This document shows positions 26,485-36,371 of a stretch of 64,000 bases of DNA, piece by piece; position 1 is the stretch's first letter, and each line of letters opens with the position of its first letter. A program made the translations under genes and the position numbers. The stretch is from Thermoanaerobaculia bacterium (lineage in GTDB: Bacteria > Acidobacteriota > Thermoanaerobaculia > Multivoradales > UBA5704), in contig JBGAGQ010000017.1 of NCBI GenBank assembly GCA_044226625.1, positions 23,978-87,977 on the forward strand, written 5' to 3'. A model generated the notes under the pieces. It did no database searches and was not told where the DNA came from. It was given only the letters and a program-made list of their open reading frames with translations.

Positions 26485-27132
26485 TCAGCGTTTCTTCCGG
26501 CCGCGTGCGGACCCGGGCCGAGAGGACGGAGCCGGGACGGGCTCTAACCGTTCCCCGCGAAGATCGGCGAGATAGAAACCCGCCCAGAGGAGGAACGGCA
26601 GGCCGAGCTTGAAAGGGAGGTCCAATAGGTGCTTCAAGAGGCCGTAGAAATTCTGGGCGAACGCACCATAGTGGGCGGCGCTCCAGGCGCCGAGTCCCGT
26701 CGCGTATTCGGCCTTGACGATCAAGAAGACGAGCAAAATGTCGAACAGCACGGTGATGCCGATCGCCCAGGCGAGGTTCTCGAGCTTCCGCCGCCACGGG
26801 ACGCCGGGGATCGCGAGGAACAGCGTACCGACGAGGATCAGGTGGAAGTGGACGTCGGTGACCTGGAAGCCGTGGACGAGGCTTTTCGACGGCGGAAAGT
26901 CGCGCCGCTGGACGAACGCCGAGTCGCGGTCGCGCGGCAGGAGGTTCGTGGCGTCCGGGCTCTCGGTGAGGTGGAGGAGCGACTGAGCGCCTCCCAAGAG
27001 CAGCCGGTTGTAGAGCGGTGTGGCGAGGAACCAGACGACCGCGACCGGCACGATCAGCAGCAGGAGATTCCGCACGAATCCCGGCAGTTGGGGCCGGGCG
27101 GCGGCTTCGAGATCGCCGATGGGCTCGGTCAT
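26485..27132 (-). CDS. Polytopic membrane protein, likely an exosortase-associated partner
   Basis: Track ORF 26485..27762 trimmed to ATG 27132 (MTEPIGDLEAAARPQLPGF...). About four TM segments. Lies immediately downstream of the exosortase gene. Confidence 0.55.
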   Translation of the reverse strand: MTEPIGDLEAAARPQLPGFVRNLLLLIVPVAVVWFLATPLYNRLLLGGAQSLLHLTESPDATNLLPRDRDSAFVQRRDFPPSKSLVHGFQVTDVHFHLILVGTLFLAIPGVPWRRKLENLAWAIGITVLFDILLVFLIVKAEYATGLGAWSAAHYGAFAQNFYGLLKHLLDLPFKLGLPFLLWAGFYLADLRGERLEPVPAPSSRPGSARGRKKR

Positions 27133-27176
27133 ACGGTCAACGCTCGCGTCGTTCCGTTGAAACGGCGACCGGTCCG

Positions 27177-27734
27177 TTAGGCCGCGCTCTCGCCCGAGGC
27201 CGCCGGGTGGGGAAGGCGGTTCGCCCAGTAGATCCAGAGCAGGACGCTCGCGAGGATGACCACCGTCTGCCAGATCACCGTATGCGACGCGTTGAAGATC
27301 TTGGGGAAGTAGACGCCGGTGAGGTAGAGGGCGACCACGCGCACCAGGTTGATCGCCTGGATCGCGACGATACCGAGGATTAGACCTTTGAGCTTCGATT
27401 TCCAAGGCGCGGGAAAGGCGAGGACGGCGGCGAGGAAGATCAGCATCGCCTCCACCCCGTTGCAGCCGTTCTTGATGTTCACCGAGAAGCGTTTGCCGTG
27501 GATCAGCGTCCCCTCCTGCGTCACTCCCTGGCCGATCGCCTTGAGCACCCCGGCGCTCGCCGAAGCGACTCCGCCGGTGAAGGGCTCGATCGCGTGGTCG
27601 TTTACCCAGTTTAGCGAGATCAGGGCGAAGCTCGCTCCGAGGATCACCGCGAACAGGACGAGAAAACGGATCTCGCGTCGGTTTTTCTGGAAGAAGCCCT
27701 GGGTCGAGCTCGAGTCCGTGGGGGAGGTGGTCAT
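27177..27734 (-). CDS. Small exosortase/archaeosortase-family transpeptidase (XrtH-like size)
   Basis: 185 aa. Conserved Cys (IKNGCNGVEA), Arg (INLVRVVALY) and His (NASHTVIW) in the order expected for exosortases. Multi-TM. Confidence 0.75.
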   Translation of the reverse strand: MTTSPTDSSSTQGFFQKNRREIRFLVLFAVILGASFALISLNWVNDHAIEPFTGGVASASAGVLKAIGQGVTQEGTLIHGKRFSVNIKNGCNGVEAMLIFLAAVLAFPAPWKSKLKGLILGIVAIQAINLVRVVALYLTGVYFPKIFNASHTVIWQTVVILASVLLWIYWANRLPHPAASGESAA

Positions 27735-27926
27735 GCGACGTGATTCTCCAGAAAAAGGCCATTCCTCGGCCGGTTCACCCTCCGCGTTCCCTCTGCCCGC
27801 GGTTCAGCCGCGGTGGGGCCGCGAGGGGACAGCCGCTTGAATTCGAACCCGGTGGATTCTATCGCTAGAGGCCTCGGTTTGACCTTCCGCCCTGGGCCGC
27901 CATATCCTCCGCCGGGTTCCAACGAC

Positions 27927-28487
27927 ATGCAGAAAGCTCTCACCCCGAAAGCGACGATCCTCGAAGCCCCTGAAATGGCGCGGATCGTCCGTCGGATGGC
28001 GGGGGAGATCGCGGAGAAGAACCGCGGCGTCAAGGACCTCCTTCTGATCGGCATCCGCACGCGCGGCGTGCCGCTCGCCGAGTCGCTCGCCCAGGAGATC
28101 GGCCGGATGGAGGGGCACGCGGTTCCGACCGGCGTGCTCGACATCACCCTCTACCGGGACGACCTGTCGACGATCGGGCAGCACCCCCTGGTCAAAGAGA
28201 CCCACCTGCCGCCGATCGACGGCGCGGTCGTGGTCCTTTGCGACGACGTGCTCTATACCGGGCGGACCGTGCGCGCCGCCCTCGATCATCTGGTCGACTA
28301 CGGCCGGCCGCGCGCCGTGCAGCTTGCCGTGCTGGTCGACCGGGGGCACCGGGAGCTGCCGATCCAGGCGGATTTCGTCGGCCGCGTCGTGCCGACCTCG
28401 GCCGACGAGGTGGTCGAGGTCGCTTTCCCGTCGACTGACGGCGGTGCCGAGCAGGTCCGCATCCTCGAACGGACCTCCGCTTCCTGA
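27927..28487 (+). CDS. pyrR: Bifunctional pyr operon regulator / uracil phosphoribosyltransferase
   Basis: Track ORF 27813..28487 trimmed to ATG 27927. PRPP motif [24 protein letters not shown] junction with pyrB. Confidence 0.9.
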   Translation: MQKALTPKATILEAPEMARIVRRMAGEIAEKNRGVKDLLLIGIRTRGVPLAESLAQEIGRMEGHAVPTGVLDITLYRDDLSTIGQHPLVKETHLPPIDGAVVVLCDDVLYTGRTVRAALDHLVDYGRPRAVQLAVLVDRGHRELPIQADFVGRVVPTSADEVVEVAFPSTDGGAEQVRILERTSAS

Positions 28488-29449
28488 TGTCGACCGAAAC
28501 GCCCCCTTCGCCGGTTCGCTGGACCCGGAAGGACCTGCTCGGGATCGCCGAGCTGTCGCCGGAGGAGATCCAGCTGATCCTGGATACGGCGCTCTCGCTC
28601 CAGGCGATCGAGAAGCGGCCGATCAAGAAGGTCCCGACGCTCCGCGGAAAGACGGTGATCAACCTCTTCTTCGAGGCGTCGACCCGAACCCGGTCGAGCT
28701 TCGAGATCGCGGAGAAGCGCCTCTCGGCCGATACGCTCAACTTCTCGGCCTCCGGTTCCGCGCTCGAGAAGGGCGAGAGCCTGATCGACACGGCGCTCAA
28801 CCTCGAAGCGATGGCGCCGGATATGATCGTGATCCGGCACAAACATCCGGGAGCTCCCCACCTGCTCGCCCGGCGCCTCAAATCGGGGGTGGTGAATGCC
28901 GGCGACGGCGCGCACGAGCACCCGACCCAGGCGCTGCTCGACGCGTTCACGATCCTCCAGAAGAAGGGGCGGATCGCGGGGCTCAAGGTGGCGATCGTCG
29001 GTGACATCGGCCATAGCCGCGTGGTGCGCTCGAACGTCCACCTGCTCACCAAGCTCGGCGCGCGCGTGGTGGTCGCCGGCCCGCGGACGCTGATGCCGGT
29101 CGAGATGGAGAAGATGGGAGTCGAGGTCTGCTACTCGCTCGACGAGGCGTTGCGCGACGCCGACGTGGTGATGATGTTGCGCATCCAGATCGAGAGGGGA
29201 GGCGGTACGGCTTTCCCGTCGGTCCGCGAATATTTCCAGATGTTCGGCCTGTCCAAGGCGCGCCTGTCGCTCGCCAAGGACGACGCGATCATCATGCACC
29301 CCGGGCCGATGAACCGCGGGGTGGAGATTTCGAGCGAGGTGGCGGACGGTCCCTGGTCGGTGATCCTCGAACAGGTGGCCAACGGGGTCGCGGTCCGAAT
29401 GGCGGTGCTCTACCTGCTGTCCGGCGCGCATGAGGAGATCGGTCGATGA
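28487..29449 (+). CDS. pyrB: Aspartate carbamoyltransferase catalytic subunit
   Basis: [21 protein letters not shown] and HPGPMNRG motifs. Confidence 0.95.
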   Translation: MSTETPPSPVRWTRKDLLGIAELSPEEIQLILDTALSLQAIEKRPIKKVPTLRGKTVINLFFEASTRTRSSFEIAEKRLSADTLNFSASGSALEKGESLIDTALNLEAMAPDMIVIRHKHPGAPHLLARRLKSGVVNAGDGAHEHPTQALLDAFTILQKKGRIAGLKVAIVGDIGHSRVVRSNVHLLTKLGARVVVAGPRTLMPVEMEKMGVEVCYSLDEALRDADVVMMLRIQIERGGGTAFPSVREYFQMFGLSKARLSLAKDDAIIMHPGPMNRGVEISSEVADGPWSVILEQVANGVAVRMAVLYLLSGAHEEIGR

Positions 29450-30729
29450 GCAGGGCGTTGATCCAGGGAGGTCGTCTGGTCGATCCGAGCCAGGGGCTCG
29501 ACGGGCGGCTCGACCTGTTGATCGAGGACGGCGTGGTGGCACGGATCGACGAGCGGATCGAACCGCTGGAAGGCGTCGAGCCGTTCGACGCCACCGGCCT
29601 GGTTGTCTCGCCCGGTCTGATCGACATCCACGTCCACCTGCGCGAGCCGGGCTTCGAATACAAAGAGACCGTTCAAACGGGGACCCGCGCGGCGGCGGCC
29701 GGCGGGTTCACTTCCGTCGCCTGCATGGCGAATACCGATCCGGTGCACGACAATCGCTCGGTCACCGGCCACATCCTCTCGGAAGCCGAGCGCTGGGGTT
29801 ACGCGCGGGTCTATCCGATCGGCGCAATCAGCAAGGGGCTGCTGGGCGTCGAGCTCGCCGAGATCGGCGAGATGGTAAACGCCGGCGCGGTCGCGGTGTC
29901 GGACGACGGCAAGCCCGTGATGAACGCCGAGCTGATGCGCCGGGCGTTGCTCTACGCCCAGCATTTCGGCATCCCGGTGATCCAGCACGCCGAGGACCTG
30001 CATCTTTCGGGCAAAGGCGTGATGCACGAAGGGGAGTGGTCGACCCGGCTCGGCCTCGAAGGAATTCCGGGATCGGCCGAGGACGTGATGGTCGCGCGCG
30101 ACCTGATCCTCCTCGAAGATTCGGGCGGCCGCTACCACGTGGCGCACCTCTCCACCGCGCGAAGCCTGGAGCTCGTGCGGCGCGCGAAGGCCAAGGGCAT
30201 TCCGGTCACCTGCGAGGTGACACCCCACCATCTCGTGCTCACCGACGAAGAGGTGGCGAAGACCTCGTTCTCCACCCAGACCAAGATGAAGCCGCCGCTC
30301 CGCTCCGAGCGCGATCGCGTGGCCATGATCGAGGGGCTGGTCGACGGTACGATCGACGCGATCGCCTCGGATCACGCGCCGCATCACGCCGACGAGAAAG
30401 AAGTCGAGTACAACTGCGCCCCGTTCGGCATCCTGGGCCTTGAGACGACCCTGCCGCTCTGCCTCACCCGTCTGGTCCACGCCGGGGTGATCTCGCTCTC
30501 CCGCTTCGTCGAGCTGCTCACCATCGGCCCGGCTAAAGCGCTGAACCTCCCCGTCGGCTCGCTCGCGCCAGGGAAACCCGCCGACGTGACGATCTTCGAC
30601 CCCGACCGTGAAGTCGTGATCGAGCCCGAATCCTTCCGCAGCAAGAGCCGCAACACCCCTTTCGGAGGCTGGAAGCTCAAGGGAGCGCCGGTCGCAACGT
30701 TTCTCTCGGGGCGGCGGGTCGTCCTGTAA
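29446..30729 (+). CDS. pyrC: Dihydroorotase
   Basis: [14 protein letters not shown], and DHAPH near the C-terminus. ATGA overlap with pyrB. Confidence 0.95.
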   Translation: MSRALIQGGRLVDPSQGLDGRLDLLIEDGVVARIDERIEPLEGVEPFDATGLVVSPGLIDIHVHLREPGFEYKETVQTGTRAAAAGGFTSVACMANTDPVHDNRSVTGHILSEAERWGYARVYPIGAISKGLLGVELAEIGEMVNAGAVAVSDDGKPVMNAELMRRALLYAQHFGIPVIQHAEDLHLSGKGVMHEGEWSTRLGLEGIPGSAEDVMVARDLILLEDSGGRYHVAHLSTARSLELVRRAKAKGIPVTCEVTPHHLVLTDEEVAKTSFSTQTKMKPPLRSERDRVAMIEGLVDGTIDAIASDHAPHHADEKEVEYNCAPFGILGLETTLPLCLTRLVHAGVISLSRFVELLTIGPAKALNLPVGSLAPGKPADVTIFDPDREVVIEPESFRSKSRNTPFGGWKLKGAPVATFLSGRRVVL

Positions 30730-30932
30730 CCGATAGATTTTTCGTAGAGCAGCATCTCCGCGCGGCGGCATCGCCGGGCGCCCTCTGTCCCGCTGTTCAC
30801 TCTGAAGGCTGCCGGGATTGAGGTTCAAGAACGGGGACCTGCCCGAGCTGGCGCGTGCGGGAGAAGCCCTGTTGGACGAGTAGTCCGGTAAAGCACCAGA
30901 CATTCCAGGCCTCTCGACTTCTAAGGTCGATG

Positions 30933-32510
30933 TCAGACCTGTCGCGGTAACCGCACCTCGATCGTCGCCCCACCCATCCGTCCAGAGAGGGCGCGGACGT
31001 TACCTCCGTAGCCTTCGACGATCGCGCGGACGATGGCGAGGCCGAGGCCGGAGTGGGCGCTTGCGGCGCGGCCTTCGGGGCGGGAGGAGAAGAAGCGTTC
31101 GAAGACGCGTTCGCGGTCGGCCTCCGGGATTCCTGGGCCCTGGTCGGAGATTTCGACGCCGACTTGGGTGTCGGAGGAGCGAAGTCGGATCGCGATCGTT
31201 CCCTGCGGCGGCGAGAAGCTCGCGGCGTTGTCGAGGAGGTTTTCGAACGCCTGGGCAAGGCGATCGGGGCTCGCGCGGGTCCAGTGCTTCTCGTCGGGGA
31301 TGTCCAGCTCGAACCGTAGCGTCGGATAGCGCAGCTTGAATCCTTCGACCAGGCCGGCGAGGAGATCGCTCAACACCAGTCGCTCGGTCGGCTCGGCCTC
31401 GAGGCGGGCGTCGATCGCGGTGATCTCGGCGACGCTTCCGAGCAATCGTTCGAGGCGGGAGATCTCGGCGAGGGCCAGGTGAGAGAGCCGGACCCGCTCG
31501 GCGGGCTCGCTTTCGCCGTCGAGCAGCTCGATCGCGTTGCGGATCGCCGCGAGCGGGTTCTTGAACTCGTGCGCCACGTCGGCTGCGAACGATTCGATGA
31601 AGCCAAGGTGCCCTTGGAGACGCGCGGTGAGCGCTTCGAGCGCGCGAGCGAGCTCGCCGATCTCGTCCCGCCGTTTCGATCCTCGGAACCGGCCGCGCAG
31701 TCGGCCGCGGCGGTCGACCAAGTCGGCGGCCTGGGACGAAAGCTGTGCCACCGGCCGGCTGATCGTCGTCGCGAGCAGGAAGGAGAGGAGGATCGCCGCA
31801 CCGATCGAGACGAGAAGGATTTCGAAGATCCGGAGGCGCACCGCGTAGAGAGAGCGCAGTACGCGCACGGTCGATTGGGTGACGACGACGGCGCCGATCA
31901 CTTTCCCGCCTCCCCGAATCGGAATCGCGCTGTGCAGGGTGAGCGACCGTTGGCCGGGCGAACGCTCGACCCCTCCGCCGTAGCGGCCGGAGAGCGCGGC
32001 GGAGAGCGCCGTGGCGAGGCCGCTCTTCCGGGTCTCGGCACGCGGCGATCGCGTCGAGGGCGCCGCGTTCCGGGCCGCGAAGAGCGGCTCGGTGAAGCGG
32101 AAGATCGCCGCCCCCAGGCGGTAGACGAGGCTGCGCCGCTCGGGAGAGTCGCGCGCTGCCTCTCCTCCCGGATCGCTCGCATAGCGATCGGCGGGCGGCG
32201 GCTTCGCAGGAGCGCCCCGGCTCGAATCCGCGAGCAAGCCGCGGGCGTCGTAGACGCGCAGGCGGCTTTCGGTCCGCGCTTCGAGCCGGCCGAGCAACGC
32301 CCCGGCGTCGGTCGGTGTCAGCTCGGCCCTCCCGCCGAGCGCGGCCGAGACGAGACGCCCCTGCTGCACCATGGCCTTCTCCTGCTGGGTGAGCAGTTCC
32401 CGTTCGTAGAGGTCGAGGTAGAACAGGCCCGAAACGGGGAGGAACACGAGCAGAAGGTTGAACAGGAGCAGCCGCGTCGAGAGGCGCGACACCAGGCGCG
32501 GTCGCATCAT
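30933..32510 (-). CDS. Sensor histidine kinase (TM-periplasmic-TM-HAMP-HisKA-HATPase)
   Basis: H-box FAADVAHEFKNPLAAI. N box NLLDNAASFS. G boxes DQGPGI and GLGLAIV. Confidence 0.9.
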   Translation of the reverse strand: MMRPRLVSRLSTRLLLFNLLLVFLPVSGLFYLDLYERELLTQQEKAMVQQGRLVSAALGGRAELTPTDAGALLGRLEARTESRLRVYDARGLLADSSRGAPAKPPPADRYASDPGGEAARDSPERRSLVYRLGAAIFRFTEPLFAARNAAPSTRSPRAETRKSGLATALSAALSGRYGGGVERSPGQRSLTLHSAIPIRGGGKVIGAVVVTQSTVRVLRSLYAVRLRIFEILLVSIGAAILLSFLLATTISRPVAQLSSQAADLVDRRGRLRGRFRGSKRRDEIGELARALEALTARLQGHLGFIESFAADVAHEFKNPLAAIRNAIELLDGESEPAERVRLSHLALAEISRLERLLGSVAEITAIDARLEAEPTERLVLSDLLAGLVEGFKLRYPTLRFELDIPDEKHWTRASPDRLAQAFENLLDNAASFSPPQGTIAIRLRSSDTQVGVEISDQGPGIPEADRERVFERFFSSRPEGRAASAHSGLGLAIVRAIVEGYGGNVRALSGRMGGATIEVRLPRQV

Positions 32511-32600
32511 GCCCGGCCTCGGAAGCTCACGCGGTTGACGGCAGACGATCGGTTGGTGCGGCTCGCCTGATGACTCATCGGAGGTCGCGCAACCGGCGGG

Positions 32601-33314
32601 TCAATCAGGCTCCCGAAGCCGATAGCCGAGGCCGTAGACGGTCTCGATCGCCTCGGCTCCCGCAGGGTCGGCTTCCGCGAGCTTCTTGCGCAGCCGCTTG
32701 ACGTGGCTGTCGATCGTCCGCTCGGAGACGTAGGCGTCGTAAGGATAGCCCTCCTGCATCAGCTGGGCGCGCGTCTTGACGTGCCCCGGCCGCCGGGCAA
32801 GGGCGGCAAGCAGGGTGAACTCGGTGACCGTGAGGTCGAGTGCCGTCTCGCCCGAGCGCGCTCGGTAGCGTTTGGGATCCAGCGTGAGCGCGCCGACGTG
32901 GATCAGCTGCTCGGGCTCTTCGGGCTCCGCGGCGTGGGCCGCGCGGCGCAGCAGGACCTTCACCCTCGCGACCATCTCGCGGAGCGAAAACGGCTTGCAG
33001 AGGTAGTCGTCCGCCCCCAGCTCCAGGCCGAGCACCCGGTCGAACTCCTCGTCTCGCGAGGTGACGAAGAGAATCGGCAGACGTTCCGAATGCGCACGCA
33101 GCCGGCGGCAGAGCTCGCGCCCGTCGAGGCCCGGCAGGAGGATGTCGAGGATCGCCAGGTCCGGAAGCCCTCGCTCGAAAGAGGTCCAGGCGGCCAGACC
33201 GTCGGCGTACGGTTCGACCCGATAGCCTTCGCGGGCGAGCGCCGTGCGCATCGTCTCGCGCACGCCTTCCTCGTCCTCGACCAGAGCGATCCGGGCTCCG
33301 CTAGGGGGTGTCAT
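32601..33314 (-). CDS. OmpR/PhoB-family response regulator
   Basis: Track ORF trimmed to ATG 33314 (MTPPSGARIALVEDEEG). Receiver Asp in ILDILLPGLDG. Winged-helix tail YGLGYRL. Confidence 0.9.
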   Translation of the reverse strand: MTPPSGARIALVEDEEGVRETMRTALAREGYRVEPYADGLAAWTSFERGLPDLAILDILLPGLDGRELCRRLRAHSERLPILFVTSRDEEFDRVLGLELGADDYLCKPFSLREMVARVKVLLRRAAHAAEPEEPEQLIHVGALTLDPKRYRARSGETALDLTVTEFTLLAALARRPGHVKTRAQLMQEGYPYDAYVSERTIDSHVKRLRKKLAEADPAGAEAIETVYGLGYRLREPD

Positions 33315-33487
33315 GTCGCGAAACTCTAGCCCAGCCTCGCCGCGATGGCCCTCGCGCCACGATTTCGCCATGATCTTCCTCGGCGATGCCATCCATCGGC
33401 CGCACCACGTCCTTCGCGCTTCGCTCGAATGGCCGCGAACCGGGCGCCGGCCTTTGGTGCCGCGCGTCAGATCGGAGGGACTCTGAG

Positions 33488-34909
33488 ATGTTCGAAACGG
33501 AACGGCCGCGCTCTTGGCGCGACTCGAAATTGATCAAGGTGATGGGCGTCGGGATTCTGGTGCTGCTGCTCCTGATTCCGCTCGCCATGGTGCACGGCCT
33601 GGTGAGCGAACGGCAGCAGCGCCAGCTGTCGGTCGAGCAGGAGCTCGCTTCCGTCTGGGGTGGCGCCCAGAAAATCGGCGGACCGGTGCTCACGGTTCCC
33701 TACAGCTCGCTCTGCGACGTGCAGTCGACGGCGCCGAACGGGCAGATGACTCACGTGCTCGAGAACTGCGAGAAGCAGGCGCATTTCCTTCCGGAGACGT
33801 TGTCGATCGAGGGGCGGGTCGTGCCGGAAGTCCGTTCGCGCGGAATCTTCGACGTGGTCGTCTACCGGACCGAGCTCAAGATCTCGGGAACGTTCGCGCC
33901 TCCGAACTTCGACGAGCTCGCGCGCGACGCCACGGCGGGGGCGGGGGGGCCGGTCGGGGAGCCCCACAGGGAGCGCGCGTCCCTCGGAATGGGGATCCCC
34001 GATCTCCGTGGCATCCGGGGCCGGGTCGACCTCGACTGGCACGGAAGGAAGGTTGCGTTCTCGCCCGGCGCGGCGGATCCGAATCTCTGGGCCACGGGGC
34101 TCCGGGCGCCGCTCGCCGTCGTCGCGGGCGACCTCACCAAGGCCCCCGACGGTGGCCGCATTCCGTTTGCCTTCACGATCAATCTGGCCGGCTCCAGCCG
34201 GCTCGATGTGCTGCCGTTCGGTCGGCAGACCCACGTCCGGCTCGCCTCGTCCTGGGGGAGCCCGGGGTTCACCGGCGCGTTCCTCCCTGAGACGCGGCAG
34301 GTCGGGAAAGACGGCTTCAACGCCACCTGGAACGTCTCGTACTACGGCCGGAGCTATCCGCAACTCTGGTCTTCGGAACAGACCCCCGAGCTCTCCTCGG
34401 CGATCAACGGCTCGGCGTTCGGTGTCGACTTCGTCCAGCCGGTCGACGTCTATCAGCAGACCGAGCGGTCGGTGAAATACGGCGCGCTCTTCCTGGTGCT
34501 CACCTTCGTCACCTTCTTCCTCTTCGAGTTGTTCCAACCGATCCGGGTCCACCCGGTGCAGTACCTGATGGTCGGCTCGGCGCTCTGCCTGTTCTACGTG
34601 TTGTTGCTGTCGGTCGCCGAGCAGCTTTCGTTTGCGATCGCGTACCTGATCGCTGGAGGGGCGACGGTGGCGCTGCTGGGCGCCTACGCCGGAGCGGTGC
34701 TCAAGAGCGCAGCCCGCGCGACGGTTTTCGCGGGGGTCCTCGCGATGCTCTATGCCTACCTCTATGTCCTCCTCCAGGCGGAGGACTACGCGCTTCTGCT
34801 CGGCTCGGTCGGCCTGTTCCTGATCCTCGCTCTGGTGATGTTGATCACGCGCAAGGTCGATTGGTACGGCGGGACGCCGTCGGCGGCCGGAGCGACGAGA
34901 GCGGTTTAG
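33488..34909 (+). CDS. creD: CreD-family inner-membrane protein
   Basis: Track ORF trimmed to ATG 33488 (GGAGGGA RBS). N-terminal TM, large periplasmic region and a C-terminal bundle of TM helices. LVSERQQRQ near the N-terminus is typical of CreD. Divergent from the two-component pair. Confidence 0.75.
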   Translation: MFETERPRSWRDSKLIKVMGVGILVLLLLIPLAMVHGLVSERQQRQLSVEQELASVWGGAQKIGGPVLTVPYSSLCDVQSTAPNGQMTHVLENCEKQAHFLPETLSIEGRVVPEVRSRGIFDVVVYRTELKISGTFAPPNFDELARDATAGAGGPVGEPHRERASLGMGIPDLRGIRGRVDLDWHGRKVAFSPGAADPNLWATGLRAPLAVVAGDLTKAPDGGRIPFAFTINLAGSSRLDVLPFGRQTHVRLASSWGSPGFTGAFLPETRQVGKDGFNATWNVSYYGRSYPQLWSSEQTPELSSAINGSAFGVDFVQPVDVYQQTERSVKYGALFLVLTFVTFFLFELFQPIRVHPVQYLMVGSALCLFYVLLLSVAEQLSFAIAYLIAGGATVALLGAYAGAVLKSAARATVFAGVLAMLYAYLYVLLQAEDYALLLGSVGLFLILALVMLITRKVDWYGGTPSAAGATRAV

Positions 34910-34938
34910 AAAGAGCCGCCCAGGATTCACTGGGGCCG

Positions 34939-34983
34939 CGAAATCGGGTGGAGCCGCGTATGATGCGGTCCACCCGGATTTCG
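34939..34983. other. Long near-perfect intergenic hairpin of about 19 bp
   Basis: cgaaatcgggtggagccgc - gtatgat - gcggtccacccggatttcg, with one bulge on each side. Lies between creD and the Ni/Co transporter gene. Confidence 0.7.
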
Positions 34984-35020
34984 TGGACGGACTTTCGCCG
35001 GGAAGAGAGGATTCGGGCGG

Positions 35021-35779
35021 ATGTTCGGTCTCGACGAATGGCTGGTCGCGCAGAACGCCACCGGGGCGATGGCGCTCGTGGTGGCCTTGTTGCTCGGCCT
35101 TCGGCACGCGACCGATCCCGACCATCTGACGGCGATCTCGACTCTCGTCCTTTCGGACCGGCGCGACGGCACTCGCCGGGCGACCAGGCTCGGCTTAGCC
35201 TGGGGGCTGGGGCATGCGACGACGCTCTTCGTCTTCGGTCTGCCGGTCATCCTGTTTCGAAGCTACCTGCCGAAAGCCGTCCAGGCGGCGGCGGAGGCCA
35301 CCATCGGTCTGGTGATCGCGGCCCTCGCGATCCGCCTTCTGTTGCGCTGGCGCCGCGGCGCCTTCCACATCCATCCCCACGAGCACGAGGGACGGCTCCA
35401 TGCCCATCCCCACGCGCACGAGCTGCGGGCCGATTCGGAGCACGACTCGGTGAGGGCCCATGGGCATCGCCATGCCGAATCGCTGGGCCGCTCGCCGCTC
35501 ACCGCATTCGGGATCGGTCTGCTACACGGGATCGGCGGTTCGGCTGCGGTGGGAGTCTTGCTGGTCGGAGCGGTGGCAGGTCGGGGACGAGGCGTGCTCG
35601 CGCTCTTACTGTTCGCGGCCGCGACGGCGGTTTCGATGGCGCTGGTCTCGTCGGCGTTCGGCTACGCTCTCGCGCGCGGTCCGCTCTCGCGTCTGCTCGT
35701 GCGCTGGGTCCCGCTGTTCGGGGTGTCGGGGGTGCTTTTCGGTCTCTGGTACGCCTACGCCGCGTTGCTCGGGATTTAG
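35021..35779 (+). CDS. NicO/RcnA-family nickel/cobalt transporter with His-rich loop
   Basis: LRHATDPDH (HX4DH signature) and WGLGHATT. Central loop HIHPHEHEGRLHAHPHAHELRADSEHDSVRAHGHRHAE. Confidence 0.75.
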   Translation: MFGLDEWLVAQNATGAMALVVALLLGLRHATDPDHLTAISTLVLSDRRDGTRRATRLGLAWGLGHATTLFVFGLPVILFRSYLPKAVQAAAEATIGLVIAALAIRLLLRWRRGAFHIHPHEHEGRLHAHPHAHELRADSEHDSVRAHGHRHAESLGRSPLTAFGIGLLHGIGGSAAVGVLLVGAVAGRGRGVLALLLFAAATAVSMALVSSAFGYALARGPLSRLLVRWVPLFGVSGVLFGLWYAYAALLGI

Positions 35780-35844
35780 CTCCAAGGAGAGCTTCCGGGA
35801 TTGCCCTCGGATCGTCGGAGAGTCGATTCACGCGAGCGCCAACG

Positions 35845-35877
35845 AAAAACGGCGCCTCGTGACCTTCGAGGCGCCGT
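35845..35877 (-). terminator. Rho-independent terminator of the small secreted protein gene
   Basis: acggcgcctcg / cgaggcgccgt 11-bp stem. On the minus strand it is followed by TTTTT (plus-strand aaaaa 35845..35849). Confidence 0.6.
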
Positions 35878-35942
35878 CTCGTCCTGACTCAAGTCTTCAA
35901 TATTCCTCAACCCGTGCCGAGACCGGCGCGGGATGGTGTCGT

Positions 35943-36311
35943 TTACTCCTCTTCTCCCGAGTCGGCCTGGCACTGGACCAGCTCTTTGCTGGTGATCGTC
36001 CAGGTGCCCTTGCCGCCGCAGATGTCGACCGCTTCGACGACGCACTCGTCGCCCTCTTCGTCGACGAGCTTGACGTCATAGGTATCGCACGGAATGTTGG
36101 AAAGCTTGAAAGACTCGTTCGTGCCGATCACGTCATCGCGCAGCTGGTCCGGGCCCCACTCCTCCTGCTCGGCGGGGGAGAGGAAGAACTGATGGATCTC
36201 CCACTCGCTCTTGTTGACGACCGTCACAGTGGCGTTAGCGGCGGAGGCGGCAGTCGGAAGAGCCGCAGCGATGGCGCAGAGCCCTCCCACGAGCAACACG
36301 ATCTTCTTCAA
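35943..36311 (-). CDS. Small secreted acidic Cys-containing hypothetical protein (122 aa)
   Basis: Signal peptide MKKIVLLVGGLCAIAAALPTAASA. Non-shadow composition. Has its own terminator. Confidence 0.65.
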   Translation of the reverse strand: MKKIVLLVGGLCAIAAALPTAASAANATVTVVNKSEWEIHQFFLSPAEQEEWGPDQLRDDVIGTNESFKLSNIPCDTYDVKLVDEEGDECVVEAVDICGGKGTWTITSKELVQCQADSGEEE

Positions 36312-36371
36312 GAGATTCTCCTTTCGGTGTAGGCCTAGAGGATACCACGCGCCGAGCTAGAATTCGCCGCG

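Noticed and set aside
27739-27760. ttctccagaaaaaggcc upstream of pyrR as a PyrR-binding (UCCAGAGAGG-like) attenuator
   Set aside because: Only a partial match. It overlaps the exosortase start codon, lies about 170 nt from the pyrR ATG, and I could not fold a terminator/antiterminator pair with a U-tract.
30730-30932. 200-bp convergent spacer after pyrC examined for a tRNA or small RNA
   Set aside because: No cloverleaf, T-loop (GGTTCGAATCC-like) or strong hairpin was recognisable by eye. I left it unannotated.
34939-34983. Hairpin upstream of the Ni/Co transporter as a NiCo (czcD-type) riboswitch
   Set aside because: It is a single long hairpin, not the four-way-junction architecture of that riboswitch class. 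I kept it only as an unexplained structure.
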